A DNA stretch of 64,000 bases from positions 15,458 to 79,457 of the forward strand of contig CAZMSD010000015.1 in NCBI GenBank assembly GCA_964568855.1. Direction: 5' to 3'. The stretch comes from an uncultured Bacteroidaceae bacterium (GTDB lineage: Bacteria > CAIWAD01). Positions 53,788-63,617 of the stretch are shown in pieces. Positions within the stretch are counted from its first letter, which is position 1. The number at the start of each line of letters is the position of its first letter. The notes under the pieces are model-generated. The model worked only from the letters and a program-made list of their open reading frames with translations, had not been told where the DNA came from and did no database searches. A program made the translations under genes and the position numbers.

Positions 53788-55099
53788 AGTTCCCCTGGAG
53801 GTGCTGCCGCAGAGCGGCGGCGATGGCGGAGAGCATGCTGCCGGGATCCGCCGTTCCGCCGCCGGCGATATCGAAGGCTGTGCCGTGGTCCGGCGACACG
53901 CGGACCAGGCCCAGGCCCAAGGTAACATTCACTCCCGCGCGCCCGGCGGCGAGCTTGAAGGCGCCAAGCCCCTGGTCGTGATACATGGCCAGGAAGCGCC
54001 CCCGGCCCCGGCGCAGCGCCCCGTCGGCGGAGGCGGGTCCGCGGATCGGTTCGCCGGCCCCGCGCAGCCGCCGCACCAGGGGCGCCAGGATCTCGGTCTC
54101 CTCCGTCCCCTGCAGCCCGTCGTCCCCGGCATGGGGATTGAGCCCCAGCAGCACCAGCTCTTCCCCGGGAGCCTGGCGCTCGATAAAGCGCAGCATCAGC
54201 AGTGCCTTGTGCTTCACGCGCTCAGCCGTGATCCAGCGCGGGACGTCCCTCAAGGGCACGTGGTTGCAGACCAGCCCCACCGAAAGAGGACCGGCGTGCA
54301 TCAGCATCAGCGCTTCCGCGCGTCCGGCACGCCAGGCCAGGTACTCGGTGTGACCGGGCCAGCGGAATCCCGCCTCCCGCATGGCGGACTTCGAGATCGG
54401 GGGCGTGATCAGCGCCCTCGTCCCGGGGTCCGCCAGCACCAGGTCGACGGCCGACTTCAGGCTGCGCCAGGCCAGGCCGCTGTGCCCCCGGCAGGCTCGG
54501 TGTACTCCGGGGAGCAACAGCTCCGCGGGCGCCTGTTCGCGGAGTTCGATGAAGGCGGGTTCCCGATCCTCGCTTCGAGGTTCCGCCTCTCCTTCCTCCT
54601 CCGCGGTCCCGGAGATTGCATCCCGGTCCCCCGCAGGCTGAGTTCCGCCGCCGGAGCCTCCGCCGGGCCGTGCGTCCCAGCCCGCCGCGTAGAGTCGATC
54701 CGCGGGGAGTTCGCCCGGCTCTTCCAGGCCCCCCGCCGGCAGCTCCTCGATCGCCAGACCGACCGACAGCGCGCCGGCCGTTTCCCTTAGAAACCCTGCA
54801 TCCGCGCAGACGACCATCGGCGGTTTCACGCCGGCCAGGGTCTCCTCGCCGACCGCGCCCCGTTCCAGCACGCGGCGGCAGGCTTTCAGCAGGACCTCGG
54901 GTCCCACGCCGCCGGGATCGCCGGTGGAAAAGACGAGCACCGGCGGCCCCTGCGCGCCTGCTGATCCCGCGCTCCCGGGCCCCGTCGCCGGACCCGGCGA
55001 CCACCCCCTCTCCGGGTACCGGCCGCCCTCCGGGGCGCCGCTCCCGCCAGCCTCGCCGGGACCCATATCGCCGGGCAGCGTTTCCCGGTATCCGCTCAT
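53777..55099 (-). CDS. pdxA: 4-hydroxythreonine-4-phosphate dehydrogenase PdxA, with a low-complexity insertion
   Basis: Motifs GDPGGVGPEV, NPHAGD, YHDQGL and SPDHGTAFDIAG. A roughly 70-aa Gly/Glu/Pro-rich insert. ATGA overlap with dus. Confidence 0.8.
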   Translation of the reverse strand: MSGYRETLPGDMGPGEAGGSGAPEGGRYPERGWSPGPATGPGSAGSAGAQGPPVLVFSTGDPGGVGPEVLLKACRRVLERGAVGEETLAGVKPPMVVCADAGFLRETAGALSVGLAIEELPAGGLEEPGELPADRLYAAGWDARPGGGSGGGTQPAGDRDAISGTAEEEGEAEPRSEDREPAFIELREQAPAELLLPGVHRACRGHSGLAWRSLKSAVDLVLADPGTRALITPPISKSAMREAGFRWPGHTEYLAWRAGRAEALMLMHAGPLSVGLVCNHVPLRDVPRWITAERVKHKALLMLRFIERQAPGEELVLLGLNPHAGDDGLQGTEETEILAPLVRRLRGAGEPIRGPASADGALRRGRGRFLAMYHDQGLGAFKLAAGRAGVNVTLGLGLVRVSPDHGTAFDIAGGGTADPGSMLSAIAAALRQHLQGNFVT

Positions 55100-56082
55100 T
55101 GCAGCTCCTCGCGCAAGGCAAGCAGGCGATCACGGATGTCCTGCGCCTCTTCCACCCGCACCAGCACGGCGCGCAGGCTCTTGATCCCGTGATACTCGCG
55201 CAGGTAGGCGCCGTACATCTTGCGCATCTCGAGCACCGCCTTGAACTCGCCCTTGTGTATCACGGCCAGGTCGAGGTGCTCCAACAGCAGGTCGACCCGT
55301 TCGACCAGGGCGGGCGGATCGGTCAGGACGCCGCGATCGAGCCAGGAGCGGGCCTCCCGGAACAGCCAGGGGTTCCGCATGGCTCCGCGACCGATCATCA
55401 CCCCGTCCGCGCCGGTGGCCTCGAACATCTGCTGTGCGCCCCGGGCGTCCCGCACGTCGCCGTTGCCGATCACCGGCACGTCAAGGGCCTGCTTGACCCT
55501 GGCGATCCAGTCGAGGTCGGCCCGGCCCTCGAACTTCTGGCAGCGCGTGCGCCCGTGGACTGTCACCGCTCGGACGCCCAGGTCCTGCAGGCGCAGGCAG
55601 ACCTCCACCACGTTGATGCTCTCCTGGTTCCAGCCCAGGCGCAGCTTGGCGGTCACGGGCAGGTCCACGGCGTCAACAACCCGGCGGGCGATTTCGTAGA
55701 GCAGCTCGGGTTCGCGCATCAGCTGGCTGCCGGCGCCGCCGCCCACCACCTTGCGGGCGGGACAGCCGAAATTGATGTCCACCAGGTCCGGCCGGTTCCG
55801 CGCCACCTTCCGGGCCGCATCCGCCATGCGTCCCGGATCGCGGCCGTAGATCTGGATGCCCACCGGGCGCTCTTCGTCGGCAATGGCGATCTTGCGGGCC
55901 GTCTTCCCCGCCATGCGCACCAGGCCCTCGCTGCTGGTGAACTCGGTGTAGACGAGGTCCGCCCCCAGCCGGCGGCAGATCAGGCGGAAGGGCTGGTCGC
56001 TGTAGCCCTCCATCGGGGCCAGCAGCAGGGCGTTCTCGATCCGCAGGGGACCTATCTTCAGTACGCGTTTCTTCGCCAGCAT
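55096..56082 (-). CDS. dus: tRNA-dihydrouridine synthase (DusB-like)
   Basis: Motifs LAPMEGYSD, DINFGCP, VTVHGRT and the catalytic Cys region. Confidence 0.85.
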   Translation of the reverse strand: MLAKKRVLKIGPLRIENALLLAPMEGYSDQPFRLICRRLGADLVYTEFTSSEGLVRMAGKTARKIAIADEERPVGIQIYGRDPGRMADAARKVARNRPDLVDINFGCPARKVVGGGAGSQLMREPELLYEIARRVVDAVDLPVTAKLRLGWNQESINVVEVCLRLQDLGVRAVTVHGRTRCQKFEGRADLDWIARVKQALDVPVIGNGDVRDARGAQQMFEATGADGVMIGRGAMRNPWLFREARSWLDRGVLTDPPALVERVDLLLEHLDLAVIHKGEFKAVLEMRKMYGAYLREYHGIKSLRAVLVRVEEAQDIRDRLLALREELQ

Positions 56083-56124
56083 GGTCGTGTTACAAATTCC
56101 GACCCTGTCGATTTCGTCGCATGC

Positions 56125-59013
56125 TCAGAAATCGAAGCCCAGTTCCGCCCAGAGCCGCCAATGGCCCGCATCGCGCCAGCCGTGGCTCTCGGTCAGCAGG
56201 GCCGCGCCGGCACTCAACCCGCCCAGCACGCTGTCCAGGCTCAGGCGGGCGCCGACCTCCTGCAGCACGGATTTCCGGCTGAGCGTCCGGCTGCCGGGAA
56301 AGCTGATTCCCAGGGCGCTCCAGCGCAGACCGAGGTGCAGCGCTCCGCGCGGCGTTTCCAGCAGCCGGGGACGGTACTCGAGGCGCAGCCCCATGGCGTG
56401 CCGCCCGGCCGCCTCCCTCGGACCCAGCGACCGCAGCCAGCGGTCACCGCCGAATTCGAAGAGTTCGCGGCGGTGGGGCGCGTCGCTCAGGGCCCAGAGC
56501 ACGGTGCTGTGGCCGGTGTGCCTGCCGGACAGAGTCCGCCAGGAATCGAAGGCGGCCATGGTGCGGAAGAAACCGCGTCCGGGATCCTCCGCGGCAACGA
56601 CGTTTTCGTAATACACCACGTGGTACTCGCCGTTCTCGGTGAAGACCGTCCGGTCCCGCGAATCCACCAGACTCAGGGCCCGCAGCCTGATATGCCGCTC
56701 CCAGTCCGGCGTGTCGCCTCCGCGCTCCCTGGCCGACTCCAGGGCCCCGGTGAGGTAGACGCCGCCCAGCCTCTGGATCTGCTGGCCGGCACGGAATTCC
56801 AGCGCCAGCCGCTCCCGCTCCAGGCGTTCGCCGGTACCCGCGGCGGCGGCGACTTCCGGTTCCAGGTGAATGATCTCGCGGTCGCGCTCCAGGCTCAGGC
56901 GGCTGGTGAGCAGGGTCTTCCAGATCCGGTCGCTTTCCAGCACGATTCCGCCGTGTTCCTGGTGCGCTCCGTAGACCATGATCAATTCCGCGCGCAGGGC
57001 GCCGCCGGCCAGGTTCTCCCAGAGGACCTCGAGGAAGCCCTTGCCCTCCCAGACGCTTGAATAGCGCAGGCCCGCGCGCAGTACCGGGAATTCCTTCTCC
57101 ACGAGGCGCAGTTCGGCGATGTTGAGACCGCCCTCGCGGAGCAGCCGCAGATAGACCTGGCTGTAGAGGCCCGTGGCGTAGATCCGCTTCACCGAGCGCT
57201 CGGCGAGATCTAGCTGAAAGACTTCGCCGCGGCGCGGTCTGAACTCGCGCAGCACGAGCTTCGGGTTCAGGCTCCGCAGACCCGCGACCCGCACCTCGTC
57301 CAGGCGACCGGGCCGCAGGCGAAGCTCCAGTGTATCACCGAAAACAACCAGGCTGTCCAGCTCGCAGAGGGAATACCCCTGGCGGCGCAGGGTTTTCAAC
57401 AGCTCGTCGATCTCCCGGGACAGAGCATGGCGATCAATCCTGCCGTCTTTTACGGGGGCTGCGAGTTCCTCGAGGGGCTGGTGCTTCATGTCTTCCAGGC
57501 CGCTCAGCCTGAGTCCGCGAATCCCGGGAGTCGGCCGCAGCGTCAGAGCCAGCAGGTTGCCGTTTTCGCCCTCCAGCAGCTCGACCCGGATCGATTCGCA
57601 GGTTCCACACCGGTCGAGCTCTGCGAATAGCCCATGCAAACATGCCTCGGAGATCTCCCCGGGAGCGCCGCCCAGCGGGCTCGCGTGAATCTGAGTCATG
57701 ATTCCCCGGTGCAGCGGCAGGTCGCCACTCCGGGTGCTCAGCACCACCGGATCGCCTTCCCGTGCCCCTTCGCCCGCTGAAAGTCCGCCTTCCGGTGGAA
57801 GCAGCTCCACGCGCAGGGAATCCCAGCGGATTACACCGGCCGCCCGGGCCCGACTGACACTCAGGCGGGCCTGCAGCTCGGGCAGCAGGGCCCTGATGCT
57901 GGCCGCGCCGGCCTCGATCATTTCGTCGCGCCGGGAGAAGTCCGCCAGCAGCATGTGACCCAGGCGCGGCCGGGCCACGAAATCGGCGTCCTCCAGGCTG
58001 CGACTGTTCTTCTCGGCCTGCATCAGGGTGATCACCTGGTCGGCCACTTCCCAGGCTTCCTGTATCTCCTCCCGGTTCCGGAAGGGACTGGTGGTGTCCA
58101 CGACCAGGACCTGGTCCGCGCCCAGGCACCGGGCGCTGGCCACCGGAATGTTGCTGACGATTCCGCCGTCGATCAGAATCAGTCCGTCCTGTTCCACCGG
58201 CTGAAAGAGAATCGGCACGGACATGGAGGCCCGCATGGCCTCCGCGAGGTCGCCGACGCCCAGCTCGACCAGCGATCCGTCTTCCAGGTCGGTGGCCACC
58301 GCACGAAAACAGGGCCGCAGCTTGTCGAAGTCGCCGAAGGCCTGGAGCGGAGCCCTGCGGACCATGTGCGAAAAGTACTCGCTGACCCGCTGCCCGGAGG
58401 AAATGCTGCGCGCGTAGACGGGAGTGAGGCCCCGAAGGCGCACCTGCAGCAGGTGCCGGCCCGTGATCTCCTTGCGGCCGGTGTACATGGACTGCCGGTC
58501 CGGACGGTCACCGAAGAGGTCGTTCCAGTCGTACTGCCTGAGCAGGCTGTCGATCTCGCCGGGGGAATAGCCCGAGGCGTAGAGGCCGCCCACCACGGCC
58601 CCCATCGAAGTGCCCACGATGCAGTGCAGGGGGATGCCCGCGCGCTCCAGTTCGGCCAGGGCGCCGATCTGGGCGATTCCGCGGCCCCCGCCGCCGCTGA
58701 GGACCAGGCCGAGGCGCGGCGCTTCCCAGTGCTTTTCCGGCCGGGGGAGGTTCCGCGTCGCTTCCAGCAGCGAACCGGAATCCCAGCTCCAGCTCCTGCG
58801 TAAAGGATCCCGGGAGGCAGCGGAGTCGGGTTCCGCCGATTGCGCCACGTCCAAAGCCCCCGCAGCGCCAGCCTGCGGATCCACTCCGCCGAGGCAGACG
58901 GGGAGGTCTTCCCGGCAAAGCATGAACAGCATGGCCAGGGCGCAGGCCGCCGCGCGCCGGTCGACGGACCATCGATGGAACGTGATACACTTCACTATCC
59001 GAAAGCATATCAC
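56125..59013 (-). CDS. patatin-like phospholipase fused to POTRA/Omp85 beta-barrel (PlpD-type, type Vd autotransporter)
   Basis: Patatin GGGGRG ... GTSMGA (GxSxG) ... DGG. C-terminal Omp85-like barrel ending in a terminal Phe (ELGFDF). The real start is probably an internal Met (for example MLFML, 58932). Confidence 0.75.
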   Translation of the reverse strand: MICFRIVKCITFHRWSVDRRAAACALAMLFMLCREDLPVCLGGVDPQAGAAGALDVAQSAEPDSAASRDPLRRSWSWDSGSLLEATRNLPRPEKHWEAPRLGLVLSGGGGRGIAQIGALAELERAGIPLHCIVGTSMGAVVGGLYASGYSPGEIDSLLRQYDWNDLFGDRPDRQSMYTGRKEITGRHLLQVRLRGLTPVYARSISSGQRVSEYFSHMVRRAPLQAFGDFDKLRPCFRAVATDLEDGSLVELGVGDLAEAMRASMSVPILFQPVEQDGLILIDGGIVSNIPVASARCLGADQVLVVDTTSPFRNREEIQEAWEVADQVITLMQAEKNSRSLEDADFVARPRLGHMLLADFSRRDEMIEAGAASIRALLPELQARLSVSRARAAGVIRWDSLRVELLPPEGGLSAGEGAREGDPVVLSTRSGDLPLHRGIMTQIHASPLGGAPGEISEACLHGLFAELDRCGTCESIRVELLEGENGNLLALTLRPTPGIRGLRLSGLEDMKHQPLEELAAPVKDGRIDRHALSREIDELLKTLRRQGYSLCELDSLVVFGDTLELRLRPGRLDEVRVAGLRSLNPKLVLREFRPRRGEVFQLDLAERSVKRIYATGLYSQVYLRLLREGGLNIAELRLVEKEFPVLRAGLRYSSVWEGKGFLEVLWENLAGGALRAELIMVYGAHQEHGGIVLESDRIWKTLLTSRLSLERDREIIHLEPEVAAAAGTGERLERERLALEFRAGQQIQRLGGVYLTGALESARERGGDTPDWERHIRLRALSLVDSRDRTVFTENGEYHVVYYENVVAAEDPGRGFFRTMAAFDSWRTLSGRHTGHSTVLWALSDAPHRRELFEFGGDRWLRSLGPREAAGRHAMGLRLEYRPRLLETPRGALHLGLRWSALGISFPGSRTLSRKSVLQEVGARLSLDSVLGGLSAGAALLTESHGWRDAGHWRLWAELGFDF

Positions 59014-59234
59014 ATTCGCTCAGCAGTGGCAAGCGGGCCTTTTCGAGCGAAGCGAATGCACCCGGGAGGCTCTCGCACCGCGGTACAGGCTTCGAACGGA
59101 GGAACCAATCGAGGATCATAGCGCCGCGATTCCCGGTGTTCCCCCGAAACGAAGGAACGCTGCAGGAATCGCGGCGGTCAGGCGCTGGAAGACCGATCCG
59201 ACTCAATCGGTCCACCGGCGGTGTTCCGACGGCT

Positions 59235-60353
59235 TTACTTCAACAACAGGAGCTTCATCACGCTCCGGCTGCTTCCCGTTTCCAGCGCCAGGAAGTATGG
59301 ACCGCCGGGCGCCTCGGCCAGCTCGAGCCTCCGGTCATGGATCCCGGCACTCAGCTCTCCCTCGTGAACCACCTTGACCTCCCGGCCGGTCAGATCGTAC
59401 AGCACCAGCCGGGCGCTTCCCGGGCCGGGCATCTCGAAACGCAGGTTGCAGTCCGGATTGAAGGGGTTGGGCCAGGCTTCCAGCAGCCGCGGGCTCTCCG
59501 GGAGGCGGCCCTCGTCGATTCCGGCGGCCGGCTGCAGGGGTCCGGCGAGCAATTCCTCGCCGCCGCCCGGCCGGTGCAGGTAAAGGAAGTACACGGATCC
59601 CGGCAGCGGCCGGGAGTCCACGTATTCGTAGACCGTCGATTCCGGGTGGACCAGGACCTCGCCCAGCAGCAACTCGGGTCCCTCTCCGACCCGGCGGCGC
59701 ACGCTGAAGCGTTCGACCCGCCCGGTGAATTCCCATTCCAGCCGGACGACGCTGTCCTGCACCAGCAGGCGGATAGAGGTCAGTTCGAGCACCGCGGTTG
59801 TTTCGTCGCCCGGAACGGGATTCTCCTCCACGTCCCAGAATTCGGGCCCGAATCCCTCGCCTGTCAATACGAGCGACATGCCGGTCTCCACGTCGCCGAC
59901 GAAGCCGCCCTCGACCCAGACCCCGGCTTCAACGGCCTGCGACTCCCAACTATGGCCGGGCTGGCCGTATTCCATGTAGTCCCGCATGAATTCGACGCTC
60001 TGTTGCTCGGCTTCCCACAAGCCGACGAAACCGTGGGTATTGCCCAGATTCTGTCCCGCCACGAACCAGAGTTCAAGGCCCGAGGGCGGCTGCGGAGCAT
60101 CGGCGTTGCTGTGGATCAGCACCGTCGCCCCCGAGGGAACCTCCAGCGGAGGCAGCACGAAGTTCGGTCCGGAGAGATCCAGCAGCCACCCGCCGATGTT
60201 GACCGCCGCGGCCCCCTGGTTCACCAGTTCCACCCATTCCTGGCCCCCGTCCGATCCCACCGGATCGTAGAAGACCTCGGATATCCTGATCTGCGCCAGC
60301 AGGACGCCCGGCAGCAGCACCGCCGCCAGCGCCATGCGCTTCCAACTCGTCAT
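59235..60353 (-). CDS. lamin-tail-domain (LTD) protein with T9SS type-A CTD
   Basis: Signal peptide, then LTD signature IRISEVFYDPVGSDGGQEWVELVNQG...GWLLDL. C-terminal AWPNPFNPDC...YFLALE...KLLLLK. Confidence 0.75.
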   Translation of the reverse strand: MTSWKRMALAAVLLPGVLLAQIRISEVFYDPVGSDGGQEWVELVNQGAAAVNIGGWLLDLSGPNFVLPPLEVPSGATVLIHSNADAPQPPSGLELWFVAGQNLGNTHGFVGLWEAEQQSVEFMRDYMEYGQPGHSWESQAVEAGVWVEGGFVGDVETGMSLVLTGEGFGPEFWDVEENPVPGDETTAVLELTSIRLLVQDSVVRLEWEFTGRVERFSVRRRVGEGPELLLGEVLVHPESTVYEYVDSRPLPGSVYFLYLHRPGGGEELLAGPLQPAAGIDEGRLPESPRLLEAWPNPFNPDCNLRFEMPGPGSARLVLYDLTGREVKVVHEGELSAGIHDRRLELAEAPGGPYFLALETGSSRSVMKLLLLK

Positions 60354-60855
60354 GATTGATCTCCTCTGATTGATTCGAGCGGCGCCGCAGCGCCGCCCTG
60401 TTCCATTCCTGATCCCGCCTTCCGGCTCGCTAGGGCGGGTGCTGATACGGATTCGCCATTGCGCGGGTTTCCAACGGTTGTGTTACAGAAACATATGGCG
60501 GGGGTTCGCCGCCGAAGCGGGAACCCCCTGGGCCGTTCTCCCGAACAGCTCCAACCTCGGCCCCCACAGGGCAAGCGGGATGCCAGGAAATCCCCTCCGG
60601 AAAACAGGCACTTGGCGCCGGCGGGCGCGGGAATCTTTCTGAATTCGGCGAATCAAGAACGCCGTAAGCGGGAAGTCGGCGGGAGCGGAAATTCCGTGAG
60701 GCGACTTGGAATATTTCCGGAAAAACGATAGAGTCTTTGTTCGCGTCTATCGGTAGCTCCCCGGCAGCCGTGGAAGCGGTTTGGGCGAGGCGGATCGGAA
60801 GGGCCGATCGCCGCCGTGGGCCGGGGCTCCAGTGCCATCACATCGGAGGAGCGAG

Positions 60856-61476
60856 ATGTCTCGTTACCGCGGTCCCAAGGACCGGCTTTCCCGCAGATTC
60901 GGCGTCAACCTCTACGGCGCCAAGCGCAACCCGCTGGACCGCAAGGGCTATCCGCCGGGCCAGCACGGACAGAACCGGAGATTCAAGGAGAAGGAATTCG
61001 GACTGCATCTGAAGGAGAAGCAGAAGTTCCGCGCCTTCTACGGCATGATCTCCGAAAAGCAGTTCAGAAGGACCTTCGAAAAGGCCCGCGGCATGCGCGC
61101 CGGCGTGACCGGCGAGGTCTTCGTGGGCCTGCTGGAAACCCGCCTGGACATGATGTGCGTGCGGATGAACTTCGCGCCCACAATCTGGGCCTCCCGGCAG
61201 GTGGTGAACCATGGCCACATCCTGGTGAACGGCAAGCGCTGTAACATTCCCAGCGCGCGCGTGAAGCCAGGCGACGTGGTCAGCGTGCGCGAGAAGAGCC
61301 GCAAGATCCCCATGATCCTGCATCAGTTCTTCGGCAGCAAGATCACCCCGCCACCCTACGTGGAACTGGACGCCGACAATTTCACCGGCAAGCTCGAGCA
61401 CTTCCCCGAGCGCCACGAGGTCCCCTTCCCCGGGGAATTCCAGGAACAGCTCGTGGTGGAGTACTACTCGAGGTAG
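60856..61476 (+). CDS. rpsD: 30S ribosomal protein S4
   Basis: N-terminus MSRYRGPKDRLSRRFGVNLYG with an S4 domain. GGAGGA Shine-Dalgarno 5 nt upstream of ATG 60856. Confidence 0.9.
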   Translation: MSRYRGPKDRLSRRFGVNLYGAKRNPLDRKGYPPGQHGQNRRFKEKEFGLHLKEKQKFRAFYGMISEKQFRRTFEKARGMRAGVTGEVFVGLLETRLDMMCVRMNFAPTIWASRQVVNHGHILVNGKRCNIPSARVKPGDVVSVREKSRKIPMILHQFFGSKITPPPYVELDADNFTGKLEHFPERHEVPFPGEFQEQLVVEYYSR

Positions 61477-61485
61477 TGTGAAGCG

Positions 61486-61515
61486 CGGGCGAAGGCGCGC
61501 GCGCATTTCTTCCCA
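61486..61515 (+). terminator. Rho-independent terminator after rpsD
   Basis: A GCGCGGGCGAAGGCGCGCGC hairpin followed by ATTTCTTCC. Confidence 0.55.
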
Positions 61516-61733
61516 ACAATCCCAAGAGCTCGTCTCCGGACGGGCTCTTTCGTGTTAACTGCGTCACACCCCGCGGATTGCCCGCATCACTCACTCAGCG
61601 GTATTGCGATTGCATCTTAGCCGTGGATCAAGGACCGGCCCGCTACACCGCGATTCCACCTTGTCGGTGCCCCCGGTCCCAGCGCACAAGCGAACACTAC
61701 GTCACACACTGCCAAGAACCGTGAGGAGGAATC

Positions 61734-63545
61734 ATGAAGCAGCGAATCTGGATTGTACAATTGATTGTACTGTCCACCGTATTATGCATGACGGCACTGT
61801 CGTTGGAACGTGAACCACGTTCCGCTACCCCGCGCACTCCGCTGAACAAGTCCTGGCTTCTGGGTTCTCGCGCCCCTGACTCCATGAACGCGGAACAGAC
61901 GCAGAATGTCCAGAACGCCATCAACGCCATCAAGGACGGCCCGCCCACTTCCATCACCTACGTGGATTCCGCGGGTAACGTGGACACGGTACAGGCGGCC
62001 GATATCGCCGCGGTCCTGCAGCAGCAGCTCGACGACGGGCGCATCCGCGTGGACAGCTCGCTTGCCGCCAATGACTACGCCGTCACCACACAGGACGGCA
62101 GCACCTCCACGAACGGAGACCAGGTGGATTTCAAACCCTCGGTTCTGTCCGGCGACTCGGCCTTTCTGCAGGAAGTGCTGGTTCATGAAGAACGGCACAA
62201 GCACCAGGCCAATTCGTCCGAGGCGGCCGATGAAACCGAAGCATACAGCCTGGAAAAGGCCTACAAGGATTCAATCGGCGTGGATTCCACGAACAGGCAC
62301 TACGATGAATGCGAGAACAACCTCGCTTACTATCAGGCTCTCGTGGACAGCGCGGCCCAGGACACCACCGAGGAACGGCGCCGCGTCTCGGACGTGCTGC
62401 AACGGGGAAATCAGCTCTACCAGGTGGTCTGCGGCGATATGGAAACCGGCGATGTCGGGTACCTGCGCGTCGGGGAGCTGAATCAGCCGGACTGGCATAC
62501 CCAGCACTGGTTCTATGAAGGGCTATTCTATCCCAACGACCTGCTGAGCAGCCGGGACAGCGACGACTTTCCTCTTCTGCCGCCCGACGTGCTGCTGGTC
62601 AGCGGGCAGACCTGGTTCGGCGAGGGCATGATCATGGCCGCCCACATCGACATCATGACCGGCGACGTACTCTGGGAGGAAGTGCTCTACGCCCAGCCCT
62701 TTGCGAACTATCACTGCATGAGTCCATGGCCTTTCGCGCCTGGAATCATCCAGGTCCTGGACACTCAGAACTGGATGGTGATCAACCTGGAGGACACCGA
62801 CGGCGACGGCCTGCCCGACAGCTTCTTCGATATCTTCTACATGTATGAACCGTTCATCGCCAAATACCAGCGCATGGACTGGGCCGAGCATCCCACCAAT
62901 GGTTACGGGATCCTGCTCAGCGAGCGCGACAAGCTCTTCAGCGGTGTTCCGCGTTTAATGGAGGAGATGACGCTTGTACAGGACCTGGACTGGAACCTGG
63001 TGGGCGATGTAACACTGCCCGTGCACTGGTTCGAATTCCTCGACCTGGTGCCCGTGATCCAGGCTCCGATTCCCGAGCCGGGCGACGACTGGGCGACCAT
63101 CTTCGGCACCTGGAACCACGAGATACAGATCTGGGGCACCAACATGGACGGCGATCCCATCGAACTGCTCAGCGTCGGGCTGATGAGTTGGGTGGAAATG
63201 GACATGGCCCTGAGCCGTCCACTTGAGAACGGCGAGTACATCCGTCCCTACGACGCCACCAGCGATACCTGGCAGGGGGTGCCCACGCTGATCGGCGAGG
63301 ATCTGGGTCAGCTTGATCCGCCGCAGAACCTCGAGATCGGGTACTCCTACGACAACCTGAACAGGCTGGTTACGCTGACCTGGGAGCTCGTGGCGGGCGC
63401 CGAGTATTACAACGTCTACCAGGGGCAGGGTTACGAGGGCTGGGAACTCATTCTGACGACCACGGACACCATGGCTGTATTCGTCATTCCTGAGATCCTG
63501 CCGCCGGGAACGGCCATTACATATCGAGTGACAGCCGGCAATTGA
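61734..63545 (+). CDS. secreted protein with an HExxH zinc-binding motif and a C-terminal FN3-like domain
   Basis: Signal or transmembrane N-terminus MKQRIWIVQLIVLSTVLCMTALS. Motif VLVHEERHKH. C-terminus ...LTWELVAGAEYYNVYQG.... GC is clearly lower than in neighbouring genes. GAGGAGGA Shine-Dalgarno. Confidence 0.6.
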   Translation: MKQRIWIVQLIVLSTVLCMTALSLEREPRSATPRTPLNKSWLLGSRAPDSMNAEQTQNVQNAINAIKDGPPTSITYVDSAGNVDTVQAADIAAVLQQQLDDGRIRVDSSLAANDYAVTTQDGSTSTNGDQVDFKPSVLSGDSAFLQEVLVHEERHKHQANSSEAADETEAYSLEKAYKDSIGVDSTNRHYDECENNLAYYQALVDSAAQDTTEERRRVSDVLQRGNQLYQVVCGDMETGDVGYLRVGELNQPDWHTQHWFYEGLFYPNDLLSSRDSDDFPLLPPDVLLVSGQTWFGEGMIMAAHIDIMTGDVLWEEVLYAQPFANYHCMSPWPFAPGIIQVLDTQNWMVINLEDTDGDGLPDSFFDIFYMYEPFIAKYQRMDWAEHPTNGYGILLSERDKLFSGVPRLMEEMTLVQDLDWNLVGDVTLPVHWFEFLDLVPVIQAPIPEPGDDWATIFGTWNHEIQIWGTNMDGDPIELLSVGLMSWVEMDMALSRPLENGEYIRPYDATSDTWQGVPTLIGEDLGQLDPPQNLEIGYSYDNLNRLVTLTWELVAGAEYYNVYQGQGYEGWELILTTTDTMAVFVIPEILPPGTAITYRVTAGN

Positions 63546-63617
63546 TCGCGATCTTCCGCACACCCCGGAATGCGGCTGCAGCCGGCGAGGAAGCCCACCA
63601 GCAGGTGGGCTTCCTTT

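Noticed and set aside
54616-57060. 814-aa plus-strand ORF spanning the dus and plpD loci
   Set aside because: It is antisense to two well-supported genes (Dus catalytic motifs; patatin plus Omp85). Its translation is low-complexity (RRPAA...).
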